From positions 32,001 to 96,000 of the forward strand of contig CAWCKJ010000011.1 in NCBI GenBank assembly GCA_963796105.1: a stretch of DNA of 64,000 nucleotides, given 5' to 3'. The notes under the pieces are model-generated. The model was not told where the DNA came from and did no database searches. It saw only the letters and a list, made by a program, of their open reading frames with translations. This DNA is from a candidate division FCPU426 bacterium. GTDB taxonomy: Bacteria > Oederibacteriota > Muellerivitia > Muellerivitales > Muellerivitaceae. This document shows positions 10,550 to 20,769 of this stretch, piece by piece. The number at the start of each line of letters is the position of its first letter. Positions within the stretch are counted from its first letter, which is position 1. Both the position numbers and the translations under genes were made by a program.

Positions 10550-11818
10550 TTAAATCACCAAACGGCGAATAATGGTTTTTCCAAGTTTCTCCGGACTATG
10601 CCGGACAAAATCCTTGCGGTGAAGCAAATTAGCCTGAATGAGCTTGACGCCCAGTTTTTCAACAGCTTCCTCATCGATCCTCACTGGTTCCTGATGGGAG
10701 GCCAAGTACCGCTCCAATAGCGGCGGGGGAACCGGTTCCTTATTGGCGATGACATAATGGACGTAATGGGGGGCGGTATGGGCAAGAAGGACCCGGACAT
10801 GGTCGGAAACGCTGTAACCGTCCGTTTCACCCGGCTGGGTCATGATGTTACACACGTAGATTTTAACCGCCCTAGAAAGGGCGATCGTGGAAGCTACCTC
10901 TTCAATGAGCAGGTTGGGCAGGATGCTGGTGAAAAGGCTTCCAGGTCCAAGGACGATGGCGTCAGCCTCTAAAATGGCCTTCAAAGCGTCCTTGTTCGGG
11001 CGGACCTTTTTACCCTTGAGCTGAACCCTTTGGATGGGAGCCTTCCCCAACGGGATCTTGGATTCCCCCGTCACCAATTTCCCGTTTTTCAACCTGGCTT
11101 GAAGGACCATCGGGTCGAAGGTGACCGGCATGACCGTTCCCCTGGTGGCGAACAGGCGGCTGGATTCCTCCACCGCCATCCCGAAATCACCGGTAATTTC
11201 CTTCATCACCGTGATAAAAAGATTCCCGAAACTGTGTCCCTTCAAGTCCCCGTGGCTCTTGAAGCGGTATTGGAAAAGGTGGTTCAAGAGGGTTTCCTGG
11301 TCGGCTAATGCCACGATACAGTTTCGGATATCGCCCGGAGGGGGCGTTCCGAAATCCCTCCGAAGCCTTCCGGAACTTCCCCCGTCGTCGGCCACCGTCA
11401 CCACCGCCGTGAGGTTGCTCGTGTAATGCTTGAGGCTGTAAAGCACGTTGGGAAGGCCCGTTCCGCCCCCGACCGCGACGATTCGGGGCCCCCTTTTCAA
11501 CCGCAAACGGCTGTGGGCGATGTTAATGAAATCCCTCTCCCGGGCTGGAATGAGGATGGTCAAAACTCCGTAAATAGCCCTCCGAATGCCCAGGATGATT
11601 CCGAACAAAGCGAGAGCGATGAAAAGAAAATCGACGAATTTAAGGTGCTGGAGGTGTTCCCCGAATTCCTGGATCGGCCTGGGGTTGTAATGCAGGCCGG
11701 AAGTGTAACGGCTCATAATTCCGGATAAACCCACCATGAGGACAACGACCGAGAGGGCCAGGAGAAAAAACCAACGCTTGAGGCGCATGCCGGGATATAG
11801 CCAACGGAAACCGGTCAT
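10550..11818 (-). CDS. yvcK: YvcK/GlmR (CofD-like) protein with N-terminal transmembrane extension
   Basis: GGGTGL, VADDGGSSG, PPGDIRN, GPGSLFTS, NIMTQPGET. Confidence 0.92.
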   Translation of the reverse strand: MTGFRWLYPGMRLKRWFFLLALSVVVLMVGLSGIMSRYTSGLHYNPRPIQEFGEHLQHLKFVDFLFIALALFGIILGIRRAIYGVLTILIPARERDFINIAHSRLRLKRGPRIVAVGGGTGLPNVLYSLKHYTSNLTAVVTVADDGGSSGRLRRDFGTPPPGDIRNCIVALADQETLLNHLFQYRFKSHGDLKGHSFGNLFITVMKEITGDFGMAVEESSRLFATRGTVMPVTFDPMVLQARLKNGKLVTGESKIPLGKAPIQRVQLKGKKVRPNKDALKAILEADAIVLGPGSLFTSILPNLLIEEVASTIALSRAVKIYVCNIMTQPGETDGYSVSDHVRVLLAHTAPHYVHYVIANKEPVPPPLLERYLASHQEPVRIDEEAVEKLGVKLIQANLLHRKDFVRHSPEKLGKTIIRRLVI

Positions 11819-12789
11819 TCACGCGGTTCCTTCGGAGGGGATGCTTTTTTGCCGGAGGATTCCTCCACCATGATGCGGGTCACGCGGTCCGCGAATTCCT
11901 GGGCGGTAAAATAACCCAGCTTCATCAGGCGGTTATTCATGGCGGCGACCTCAATGATGACCGCCAGGTTTCTTCCCGGCCGGACGGGAATGACGAATGT
12001 GGGTATATCCACGTCGAAAATCTTGTGCGAGGCCGGGGTCAACCCTATCCGGTCGTATTCTTTTTTGTTGTTCCATTCCTCCAATCGGATGACCAGCTCA
12101 ATTCTTTTCTTGTCCCGGATGGCCCCCACCCCGAATAGGCTTTCGACGTTAATGATGCCAAGGCCCCGGATTTCCATGTGATGCTTGATGATCTCCGATC
12201 GGGAACCCATGAGGATTCTCTGCGCCATCCGCTTGATATAAACCAAATCATCCGCCACGAGCCGATGCCCGCGCTCGACCAGTTCCAGAGCGCACTCGCT
12301 CTTGCCGATGCCGGAATCCCCCAGGATAAGCACCCCCACCCCGTAAACATCCAGCAGGGTGCCGTGAATGGTGGTTTCGGGGGCGAACTCCTCCTCGAGA
12401 AAAACGGAAATCTCTGAAACAAACTTGGTAGTCGGGGTCGGCGTGGTGAAAATCGGGATTTTTTGTTTCCGGGCCTCCGTCACCATCTCAGCCGGCGGTT
12501 TCATCTTGTGGGTGACCACGACGCAGGGAAGCCGGTAGGAAAGGAGGGCCTTGAATATTTTCTTGCGTTGGGCCGGCTTCAAGGTGCCCAAGTAATGTAT
12601 CTCGGTCTTCCCGATGACTTGAAGCCTTTCATAAGCGAACCATTTGAGATACCCCGTCAGGGCCATCCCCATGCGGTTGATGTCCACGCTGACGATGTAC
12701 CGGTCCGCCATCCCTTCCTCGACCAGCGGTAAAAGGCGGAGCCTTTCCTTGGCCTGTTGGAAGAGGGCTTCCACCGAAATTTTTTTCAT
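11815..12789 (-). CDS. hprK: HPr(Ser) kinase/phosphorylase
   Basis: GDSGIGKSECALEL, LVADD, MEIRGLGII, PVRPGRNLA. Confidence 0.97.
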   Translation of the reverse strand: MKKISVEALFQQAKERLRLLPLVEEGMADRYIVSVDINRMGMALTGYLKWFAYERLQVIGKTEIHYLGTLKPAQRKKIFKALLSYRLPCVVVTHKMKPPAEMVTEARKQKIPIFTTPTPTTKFVSEISVFLEEEFAPETTIHGTLLDVYGVGVLILGDSGIGKSECALELVERGHRLVADDLVYIKRMAQRILMGSRSEIIKHHMEIRGLGIINVESLFGVGAIRDKKRIELVIRLEEWNNKKEYDRIGLTPASHKIFDVDIPTFVIPVRPGRNLAVIIEVAAMNNRLMKLGYFTAQEFADRVTRIMVEESSGKKASPPKEPRE

Positions 12790-12897
12790 AAGATTTCCCC
12801 GGAAAATTCAATCCCATTGAATGTTTGGCCCCGAAGCCCCTTTTCGATGGAATTCCGAACAGGCTCAAGGCGGAAGGAGGTCAATCGCTCATCCCGA

Positions 12898-13362
12898 TTA
12901 GTGCTTTAATTTTTCTTCCTCTTGGATGATCTTAACCACTTCCTCGGGCGTTTTCGCCACCAGAAGGGTTTTACGGAAATATTTATCCTTTAAAAGGCTG
13001 GAAATACGGGCCAAGGCCTTCAGATGGGCTCCCGCGGCCCCTTCCGGAGCCACCAATAGGAAGAAAATGTTGACCGGCTCCCCGTCCAAGGAATCGAAGC
13101 TGATGCCCTCGGGGGATAGGCCGAAGGCGGCCGCGAGGTCGGTCACCGTGTCGGATTTGCCGTGGGGAATGGCGATTCCCTGGCCGATTCCCGTGGAACC
13201 CAGGTCCTCCCTTTCCACCAGCGTCTGAACCATTTTTTTCTTGTCCTTGACCTTGCCGGTTTTCACCAGCAATTCCACCAGCTCCTTGATGACATCCTTC
13301 TTGTTTTTGGACTCTAAAGAAATTTTTATGGCGTCACTCGATAAAAAATCCAGGATCTGCAT
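12898..13362 (-). CDS. ptsN: PTS IIA, nitrogen-regulatory/fructose type
   Basis: REDLGSTGIGQGIAIPHGK; start at MQILDFL with GGAGG upstream; position after rpoN-hpf. Confidence 0.85.
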   Translation of the reverse strand: MQILDFLSSDAIKISLESKNKKDVIKELVELLVKTGKVKDKKKMVQTLVEREDLGSTGIGQGIAIPHGKSDTVTDLAAAFGLSPEGISFDSLDGEPVNIFFLLVAPEGAAGAHLKALARISSLLKDKYFRKTLLVAKTPEEVVKIIQEEEKLKH

Positions 13363-13424
13363 TCCTATTCCTCCCACCTTCGCGGTTGATATTTCGGATA
13401 AAGCCTTGCTCAAAACCTCTCATC

Positions 13425-13961
13425 TTAAAAATCAGGCGAAATAAGGCCGATATGATTGTCCTTCCTTTTATATACGACGCTGGTCTTGTCGGTTTCTGCG
13501 TCGAAGAAAACAAGAAACTCATTTTTCGAGGCGGTCAATTGAAGGGCGGCTTCCTCCACTGTCATGGGCTTGATTTCGAACTTCTTGGTCTTGATGACTT
13601 TGATCTCATCCCCTTCCACGGGGGTGGAGATCAAACCATGAACGACCGAAAGAGCCTTTCCTCCCTCGGAATGGCGCCTTTCCACCCTTTTTTCTTTTTG
13701 CTTCCTGGCTTGTTTTTCCAGACGCTCCAGGGCGGAATCGATCGACTGGTACATGTCCCGGGAGGAGGACTTGGCGCTGAGTTTGAGAAACTTGGCTACC
13801 AGATTGACCTCGCAAGTATGCAGGTTCTTCTCGAAAGTCAGGATCACGTGGGCTTCCCGGATATTACCCAGGTATTTTTCCACCCTTTGAATTTTGTCCT
13901 GGATATGGTCCTTCAAGCCTTCGCTCAAGTTTTCATGCCGGCTGGTAATGAGGATCTTCAT
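13425..13961 (-). CDS. hpf: Ribosome hibernation promoting factor (long HPF)
   Basis: DMYQSIDSALERLEKQ and C-terminal KPMTVEEAALQL..FLVF..VVYKRKD; follows rpoN. Confidence 0.93.
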   Translation of the reverse strand: MKILITSRHENLSEGLKDHIQDKIQRVEKYLGNIREAHVILTFEKNLHTCEVNLVAKFLKLSAKSSSRDMYQSIDSALERLEKQARKQKEKRVERRHSEGGKALSVVHGLISTPVEGDEIKVIKTKKFEIKPMTVEEAALQLTASKNEFLVFFDAETDKTSVVYKRKDNHIGLISPDF

Positions 13962-14036
13962 CGTGGAATCTGTTTTTCTGAACAAAAAGCCCCCCAAGTT
14001 GGTTTCTTTTTAAAAGCACGAGGAAAATGAGAAGTT

Positions 14037-14064
14037 ATTCTAACATTCGACCCCCGGAAGTCAA
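14037..14064 (-). promoter_or_regulatory. Putative sigma70 promoter for hpf
   Basis: TTGACT-16 nt-TAGAAT with a TGn extension on the minus strand. Confidence 0.5.
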
Positions 14065-14275
14065 TCCAGGGAAGCGGCGGACAAACCTAAATGTTCTTGA
14101 TCTCCCAAGGTAAAAACATGGAGGTAAAAAACAAAACCTCTAATTTGAAGAGTCCAGGGACGGCCCTCCGCACCGCAGCCTAGGGCAGGGCTTCAGGTGG
14201 CCACTTGGCCGGTGCCTGAAACCGGCCGGTCAAAAGTTGGCGACCGTTGATTGTTTGTTGACACCGGATTTATTG

Positions 14276-15805
14276 TCACAATTTTCGGCGTTGAGAAGCC
14301 GGGGGAATCCTCAATTCCTCTCGGTACTTGGCGATGGTCCTGCGGGCGATGGAAAGGCCCTGCCCATTTAACACCTGCATGATCTTCTGGTCGGAATAAG
14401 GCCTTTGGGTACTTTCCTGTTCCACCAGCTCTTTTATTTTTTGTTTGACCGACAGGGAGGATATGTCCATCCCGTCGGAAGATTCCAACCCGCTTGAGAA
14501 GAAATACTTCAGCTCGAAAAGCCCCCGCTCGGTTTGGACGTACTTGTGGGTGGTCACCCGGCTGATCGTGGACTCGTGCATCCCGACCATGTCCGCCACC
14601 TGCTTTAAGGTGAGGGGTTTCAATCCGCTGACGCCTTTCTCGAGAAAATCCCTCTGGATCCTGAATATGGCTTCCGTGACTTTATAAATGGTCTTACGGC
14701 GCTGTTCGATGTTCTTGATAAGCCAAACCGCCGACTGGATTTTTCCCTCCAGGAACTTCTTGGTCTCCTTGCTCCCCGCCGCGGTTTTATCCTTCATGAG
14801 CTTCCGGTAATAGGAGGATACCCGAAGCCTGGGGACGGGCTCGTCGTTGAGTACCACGACGTACTCGCCCTCGATCTTCCGGATGCTGACGTCTGGTGTT
14901 ACAAACTTGGTATCCTCCTCCTCGAATGCCCGGCCCGGTTTGGGTTCCAAGGTGCCGATATAGGCCAGGATTTCCCTGAGTTGTTCCTCGGTGCACTGCA
15001 GGGCCCGCAGGATGGGCTGGTATCTCTTCTTCTCCATGTCCTCGAAATGGTCCCGGACCACCTGGTCGGCCTTGAGCGCGATTTCTCCCTTTCGGCTTTC
15101 CAGCTGGAGCAATAGGCATTCGCGCAGGTCCCGCGCCCCCACGCCGGGCGGGTCGAAGGACTGGATGAGCCTCAGCATTTTCTCGATCTTGGCGGAGGAT
15201 ACTTTCTGGGCCGCCGCGATATTCTCAATGGTTTCAGTCAGGTAGCCGTGCACGTCCAGGTTGCCAATGAGGACTTTTCCCAGGGTTTTCTCTTCCTCAT
15301 CCCTGGATATCATCATGAGCTGCCACTCCAGGCTATCAGCGAGGGTCTGGGCGCGGCTGATGGAGGCTTCCATGAAATCCCTCTTGTCCTGCATTCCCTG
15401 GGAGTCCTCGCTCCCCCCCCAGGAGCCCTCGCCGGCTCCATCGTAGTCCTCGCCCTCGTTGTAAAGATCCCAGGTAGCTTTCTTGAATTGGTCCCCTTCC
15501 CGGAGGTTCTCCACTAAATCCGTTTGGCGGGTCTGCTTCATTTTTTCCAGGATGATGTCCTGGTCCGGCAGGGGGGCTTCCTCGGTCAGGTTGGCGGCCG
15601 CAGCGGGGGCGCTTTTATCCCCCGCGGTCTCGGCGGGAGCTTCCTCGTTCTCCTCCTCGAGGACGGGATTCTCCATCATTTCCTTCTCGACCCATTCTTT
15701 GAGTTCCAGCGTGGATAGCTGGAGTATCTTCATGGCCAATTGCAACATGGGGGTCATGATCATGCGCTGCTGCATCTTTTGATTCATTCCGAATTGTTGG
15801 CGCAT
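14276..15805 (-). CDS. rpoN: RNA polymerase sigma-54 factor
   Basis: Gln/Leu-rich region I, DPPGVGAR, HESTISR, RpoN box ARRTIAKYRE. Confidence 0.97.
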   Translation of the reverse strand: MRQQFGMNQKMQQRMIMTPMLQLAMKILQLSTLELKEWVEKEMMENPVLEEENEEAPAETAGDKSAPAAAANLTEEAPLPDQDIILEKMKQTRQTDLVENLREGDQFKKATWDLYNEGEDYDGAGEGSWGGSEDSQGMQDKRDFMEASISRAQTLADSLEWQLMMISRDEEEKTLGKVLIGNLDVHGYLTETIENIAAAQKVSSAKIEKMLRLIQSFDPPGVGARDLRECLLLQLESRKGEIALKADQVVRDHFEDMEKKRYQPILRALQCTEEQLREILAYIGTLEPKPGRAFEEEDTKFVTPDVSIRKIEGEYVVVLNDEPVPRLRVSSYYRKLMKDKTAAGSKETKKFLEGKIQSAVWLIKNIEQRRKTIYKVTEAIFRIQRDFLEKGVSGLKPLTLKQVADMVGMHESTISRVTTHKYVQTERGLFELKYFFSSGLESSDGMDISSLSVKQKIKELVEQESTQRPYSDQKIMQVLNGQGLSIARRTIAKYREELRIPPASQRRKL

Positions 15806-15974
15806 AATCGATGCCACTCCAAAAATAAAAGTCTTAAGCAAGAATTATACCTTTTTTAATTGTTCGGGTCTTTATCTTATAAAAACGAAAGATTGAAGGT
15901 TTTTAAAGGGCTTTATCCAGGGGGGTCGATCTCAAAATCCCGTCATTGGAATACTTCCGAAAAGAATCAGGGAG

Positions 15975-17228
15975 TTATTTCCCCCCTGATTTCCCTTCCC
16001 AACCCGGCTTAAACTTTGTTTTTTCCCATTGCCTGATCCAATAATCCAAGTCGAAAGGTTTTGGAAAATCCAGGCCCCCTCCCGGATAGGCCTTTCCGGC
16101 TTTGTAAACCCTTTGGATGGTCCTGAAATTCTCGGGATGCCGGAGGGGATCATTTCGTAATATAACCAAATCGGCCCATTTGCCTTTCACGATGGATCCC
16201 AGGCGGTCCTCCAGACCCAGAATTTTCGCCGCGTCGGAGGTGGCCATCTTCAGGCACTGCAGGGAGGACAACCCCGAGATTTGCAGGTCGGACCATTCCT
16301 TGACGGAAACCCCGTAAGGCATATGCGGATTCCCCGCGTCGGTTCCATAGGCGACCTGTCCCCCCAGGGTGAGGAATTTCCCCAAGTTTTTACGGCTCTG
16401 ATCGTGCCCAGCCTTGAAGCCCAGGTGGCAAAACTGCCCGAAAGGATGTTCCGAACGGCGGCGCCATTCCTCGGCCCATCCCGCGTGGGCATGGAGGGTA
16501 GGCAGGATTAAAACTCCCTTGCGTGCGGCCTCCTTCCAAAGGTCGTCCGATAGCGGGCGGGAGGGCATGTGGGCCATCTCATCCACGTTGAATTTCAGGC
16601 AAAGCTCGAAATCAGCTTCGTTGGTGATATGCGCAGTCACCCTTTTTCCCAGGGCATGGGCCGCTTTCACGATTCCTTCCACCTCGGCTTCCGAAAGGCA
16701 CGGCCCCAGTTCGTGTTCCAGGCCGATCTTGATGACATCCATTCCCAATCCGCAAAGCTTTCTGACTTTTTCCTGGGCCTGGTAGCGCCCCTGGACCGGC
16801 GCCGCGATCTTGGGGCCCCAAACGTTCTGGGGATAGCCTCCTGGACAGGTCAGGACCGGCCCGGCGGTGTATATGCGGGGCGAATCGATGAGGCCAGAGC
16901 GTTCCTTGGCTTTCCATTCGAGGGCCTCGAACACGTCGCAAGCCAGGTCGCGGATGGTGGTGACGCCTGTTTGAAGGAAGGAAAGAAGACTGTCTTGGTC
17001 CACGAGCCCGTGGACATGCAGGTCGATCAGCCCCGGAAGGACAAACAGCCCCTCTGCGGCGTAAATCTCCTCAGCTTCGTAAGAGGGGGCCTGCCGGTGG
17101 GGCCCTGCATAGGCAATGGTGTCTCCTGAAATGAGAATCGTCGCCTCGGAAAGGGGTTTATCGCCTATTCCGTCATAAATCGTGGCTTTCTCGATGGCGG
17201 TTTGAACTTTCAGCATAGAACTTCCCAA
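15975..17228 (-). CDS. Metal-dependent amidohydrolase
   Basis: PGLIDLHVH, AHI, GTDAG, GKWADLV; start may be 17216. Confidence 0.88.
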   Translation of the reverse strand: MGSSMLKVQTAIEKATIYDGIGDKPLSEATILISGDTIAYAGPHRQAPSYEAEEIYAAEGLFVLPGLIDLHVHGLVDQDSLLSFLQTGVTTIRDLACDVFEALEWKAKERSGLIDSPRIYTAGPVLTCPGGYPQNVWGPKIAAPVQGRYQAQEKVRKLCGLGMDVIKIGLEHELGPCLSEAEVEGIVKAAHALGKRVTAHITNEADFELCLKFNVDEMAHMPSRPLSDDLWKEAARKGVLILPTLHAHAGWAEEWRRRSEHPFGQFCHLGFKAGHDQSRKNLGKFLTLGGQVAYGTDAGNPHMPYGVSVKEWSDLQISGLSSLQCLKMATSDAAKILGLEDRLGSIVKGKWADLVILRNDPLRHPENFRTIQRVYKAGKAYPGGGLDFPKPFDLDYWIRQWEKTKFKPGWEGKSGGK

Positions 17229-17279
17229 CCCTTTTCCATCCCGGCTCTTAAACCCATCCGGGAATGCCCAATAGGGACG

Positions 17280-18119
17280 TTAGTGATCAAACAAACCGTT
17301 CAAAAGGAAAGCCAGCCTTATGCCGGCCTTTTCCAGCTGGCGCTCCACGATGCGCCTCATCTTTCCGGAATAATAATCCTTTGGCAAATCTTTTCCCCAG
17401 CGGCCTTTAGGCACAGGACCTCTGGGCAGTTCGGAATAAATATCCCCCTGGGCGATGAGAAAACTCTCATAGGCCCAGTCGGCCGGCTTGCCCCTGGCCC
17501 AGTCATTTTCCTCATCCTGGCCGATTTCATTTTCCAGCTTCTTTGCAAGCCTGGCTGGATTTTCCTTGGTATGGGTCTCCAAGAGATGATCCCAAAAACT
17601 ATGAAGATTAATCCAAGTATAACGGCCGAAGGGCCCCCTGGGACGATAACGGAACCATTTCTCGTTCCCGCCCCGGTCGTGGTCATCCACGCAATGCAGG
17701 GGCTGGTGCAGGTCCCCCACGAAATGCACCAAGAACTTGAGGGCTTCCCGCTTTTCCCACCGCGGGGCGAATGGCATGCGCAGTATCCCCAGGTCCTTCA
17801 GGATTTGGTCCACCACGCAATCATGGTTCCTGCAGGAGCCCGAAAGGTCGAACTCGTTCTCGGGCTGGCGCACGTCCAGGTTCAGGTAATGCCAGGGGGC
17901 CGTCTCGGGCCGCCGGTCCACGATGGTGTCGGCCCAAGTGGATACCGAAACCAAGTCATCATTTCGGCCTAGGATTTCCTGGATTTCACCCCGGGCTTGG
18001 GCGGTCAATTGGTCCTGGGCGATCCAAGCCACGGTCTGATGCCCTACCGCCCCCCACCCCAAAAGACTTCCCGGGCCGGATAAAACTGCCGCTGTCACGA
18101 AGAGAAACTTTTTCCCCAT
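17280..18119 (-). CDS. S1/P1 nuclease, secreted
   Basis: Signal peptide then WGAVGH, WAD, HFVGDLHQPLH, NLHSFWD. Confidence 0.93.
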   Translation of the reverse strand: MGKKFLFVTAAVLSGPGSLLGWGAVGHQTVAWIAQDQLTAQARGEIQEILGRNDDLVSVSTWADTIVDRRPETAPWHYLNLDVRQPENEFDLSGSCRNHDCVVDQILKDLGILRMPFAPRWEKREALKFLVHFVGDLHQPLHCVDDHDRGGNEKWFRYRPRGPFGRYTWINLHSFWDHLLETHTKENPARLAKKLENEIGQDEENDWARGKPADWAYESFLIAQGDIYSELPRGPVPKGRWGKDLPKDYYSGKMRRIVERQLEKAGIRLAFLLNGLFDH

Positions 18120-18133
18120 GATCTTTCCCCGAT

Positions 18134-18161
18134 AAAAAAAAGCCCGGGGCTTTCCCGGGCT
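18134..18161 (-). terminator. Intrinsic terminator after ino1
   Basis: AGCCCGGG-AAAGC-CCCGGGCT followed by T-run on the minus strand. Confidence 0.8.
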
Positions 18162-18194
18162 GATTCACTTTTAATTTTCGAGACCCCATCCACT

Positions 18195-19295
18195 TCATCT
18201 GACTTTGATGGCTTCCCCCGCTTTGGCGTGCTGGGTGATAAAAACCTCCACCAGCTCGTGGGCCTCGGAGTCGGAATACTGCACCGGCGGCGTCTTAAAG
18301 AAATAGGAGGAAGGCCCTTCCATGGCGCCGGAAAGTTTCGCGTCCAGGGCCATTTTACAGCAACGGATGGCGTCAATGGAAACTCCCGCGCTGTTGGGGG
18401 AATCCCAGACCTCCAGCTTGAGCTCGATGGAAACAGGGACATCGCCGAATTCCCTGCCCTCCAGCCGGATATGCGCCCACTTCCGGTCCTTAAGCCAAGG
18501 CACGTAGTCCGAGGGGCCGATATAGATATCCTCGGGCTTGATGGGATGGGAGAGCTGGCTGACTACCGCCCCGGTCTTGGAGATTTTCTTGGATTCCAGC
18601 CTTTCCCTCTCCAGCATGTTCTTGAAATCCATGTTGCCGCCGAAATTCAGCTGGGAGGTGCGGTCCAGGATGACTCCCCGGTCGGAGAACATTTTCGCCA
18701 GGACACGGTGGGTGATGGTGGCGCCCACCTGGGCCTTGATGTCGTCCCCCAGGACCGGCAGTCCCGCCTTTTCGAACTTTTTCGCCCAGGCCGGGTTGGA
18801 GGCGATGAAAACAGGCATGCAATTGACCACGCCCACGCCCGCCTTCATGGCCTCGTTCATGTAGAATTTCGCGGCTTCCTCGCTGCCCACAGGCAGGTAA
18901 TTGACTAGGACGTCGGTCTTGGTTTCCTTCAATACGGCCGCCACATCCACTGGTTTCTCCGTGGATTCGGTGATGGTTTGCCTGTAGTACTTGCCCAGCC
19001 CGTCCAGAGTGGGGCCCCGATGGACCTTCACGCCAGTGTTGGGAACATCCGAAAATTTGATCGTGTTATTGATGGGCTCGAAAACCGCCTCAGCAAGGTC
19101 CTTCCCGACCTTGTCGGCGTCCACGTCGAAGGCGCAGGAGAACTCGATATCCCCCACATGGTACTTTCCGAGGCGTACATGCATGAGGCCCGGCACGAAG
19201 ACTTCCTCCTCCGCGTCCCGGTAAAACCTCACGCCTTGCACCAGGGACGAGGCGCAGCAACCCACTCCCACCAAAGCCACTCGGATCTTGGACAT
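18195..19295 (-). CDS. ino1: myo-inositol-1-phosphate synthase (short bacterial/archaeal type)
   Basis: [60 protein letters not shown]. Confidence 0.95.
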   Translation of the reverse strand: MSKIRVALVGVGCCASSLVQGVRFYRDAEEEVFVPGLMHVRLGKYHVGDIEFSCAFDVDADKVGKDLAEAVFEPINNTIKFSDVPNTGVKVHRGPTLDGLGKYYRQTITESTEKPVDVAAVLKETKTDVLVNYLPVGSEEAAKFYMNEAMKAGVGVVNCMPVFIASNPAWAKKFEKAGLPVLGDDIKAQVGATITHRVLAKMFSDRGVILDRTSQLNFGGNMDFKNMLERERLESKKISKTGAVVSQLSHPIKPEDIYIGPSDYVPWLKDRKWAHIRLEGREFGDVPVSIELKLEVWDSPNSAGVSIDAIRCCKMALDAKLSGAMEGPSSYFFKTPPVQYSDSEAHELVEVFITQHAKAGEAIKVR

Positions 19296-19345
19296 AATCA
19301 GGAAAACCTCCCGGCAAAATGACGGCAAAAAATCTTAAATGACTT

Positions 19346-19909
19346 TCAGGGCTGTGTCTCTTTCCAAACCCGGGCCACCCTCTGGATCACGGTTACCAGG
19401 GATAGAATCCCCACTAACGCCAAGGCCCAAGTGAGTTGAGCGGCCATCAGGCCCAGGGAGAGAAGGATCACCCTCCCGGGGCGCGGCAGGATTCCCACCT
19501 CGCAATTTATCCCCAAGCCCTCAGCCCTCGCCCTTGTATAGGGAACCAGGAAGGACAGGACTAAAACCGCGAAGGCAAGTACAAGGCCCTCCATAAATTG
19601 TTGGTGGTAATAATACAATAGAAACCCCATAAAAACGACGGCTTCCGAGACCCGGTCCAAAGTCGAGTCCCAAAATGACCCAAATGAGCCTTTGAAACCG
19701 CGATACCTCGCCAGGGAACCGTCCAAAACATCAAAAAAACCCGCGAGTAATAACCAGAAGCCGGCCTGGAACCACCTTTCACGGAACAATTCAAACGGGA
19801 CCATAAAAGTTATAAAAACCCCGGCCGTGGTCACCATATTGGGGCTGACATGGCACTTGGTGAGGAACCTGTTCAGGGGCGCCAGGATTCTGTCGATGGA
19901 AATTTTCAA
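19346..19909 (-). CDS. CDP-alcohol phosphatidyltransferase, probable phosphatidylinositol-phosphate synthase
   Basis: SPNMVT, DVLDGSLAR..GSFWDSTLDRVSE, YTRARAE; directly upstream of ino1; start (TTG) uncertain. Confidence 0.8.
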   Translation of the reverse strand: MKISIDRILAPLNRFLTKCHVSPNMVTTAGVFITFMVPFELFRERWFQAGFWLLLAGFFDVLDGSLARYRGFKGSFGSFWDSTLDRVSEAVVFMGFLLYYYHQQFMEGLVLAFAVLVLSFLVPYTRARAEGLGINCEVGILPRPGRVILLSLGLMAAQLTWALALVGILSLVTVIQRVARVWKETQP

Positions 19910-19958
19910 ATTATTTCTCTGCTGGATAGGTGGCTTGATGGAAGACTCCCGGTGGGTT

Positions 19959-20693
19959 TTAGAGTGAGAATCTTTCGCCCAGATAAATCTCACGCGCCTT
20001 CTGGTTGGAGGCAAGCTCGGAAGCGGTTCCAGAAAGAAGGATCTTTCCCTCGAATATGATATAAGCGCGGTCCACAATGGCCAGGGTCTCGCGGACATTG
20101 TGGTCGGTCATGAGGATCCCGATGTTCCTTTTCACCAGGAAGCGGATGATGTTCTGGATGTCTTGGACCGCGATGGGATCGATTCCCACGAATGGCTCGT
20201 CCAACAGGATGAAATGGGGCTGGAGGACAAGAGCCCTGGCGATTTCCGTGCGCCTCCTTTCCCCGCCGGACAAGGTGTAGGCCATTTGCTTGGCCAAATG
20301 GGAGATTTTCAACTCCTCCAGGAGCTCCTTCTTTTTCCTCTCGCGTTCGGCCGGGGACAAGGGCGTCAATTCCAGGATGGCCATGAGGTTATCCTCGACG
20401 GTCAACTTGCGGAATATGGATGGCTCCTGCGGCAGGTAGGCAATTCCCAGGCGCGCCCTTTTATACATGGGCAGGTGGGTGATTTCCCGGGCGTCGCCGT
20501 CCTCCTCGAAATAAACCTTTCCCTCGTTCGGGGCGATGAAACCCGTCGTCATGTAAAAGGTCGTGGTTTTGCCGGCCCCGTTCGGCCCCAAAAGGCCGAC
20601 GACCTCGCCCTGGTGGATCTCGATAGAGACATGGTCCACCACCTTCTTCTTGCTGTAGGTTTTGACCAGATTCTGGGTTCGAAGGGTTTTCAT
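19959..20693 (-). CDS. lptB: LPS export ABC ATPase
   Basis: [41 protein letters not shown]. Confidence 0.97.
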   Translation of the reverse strand: MKTLRTQNLVKTYSKKKVVDHVSIEIHQGEVVGLLGPNGAGKTTTFYMTTGFIAPNEGKVYFEEDGDAREITHLPMYKRARLGIAYLPQEPSIFRKLTVEDNLMAILELTPLSPAERERKKKELLEELKISHLAKQMAYTLSGGERRRTEIARALVLQPHFILLDEPFVGIDPIAVQDIQNIIRFLVKRNIGILMTDHNVRETLAIVDRAYIIFEGKILLSGTASELASNQKAREIYLGERFSL

Positions 20694-20769
20694 TCTTTTT
20701 CCTTGATGATTAATATCTCAAAACAAAGCCCAAGTTTCCAAAGACTTACTTATTTTATCCCGCGCCCTG

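Noticed and set aside
14040..14275. raiA motif RNA or 6S RNA upstream of hpf
   Set aside because: I could not match the conserved segments of either; kept only as a low-interest structured spacer
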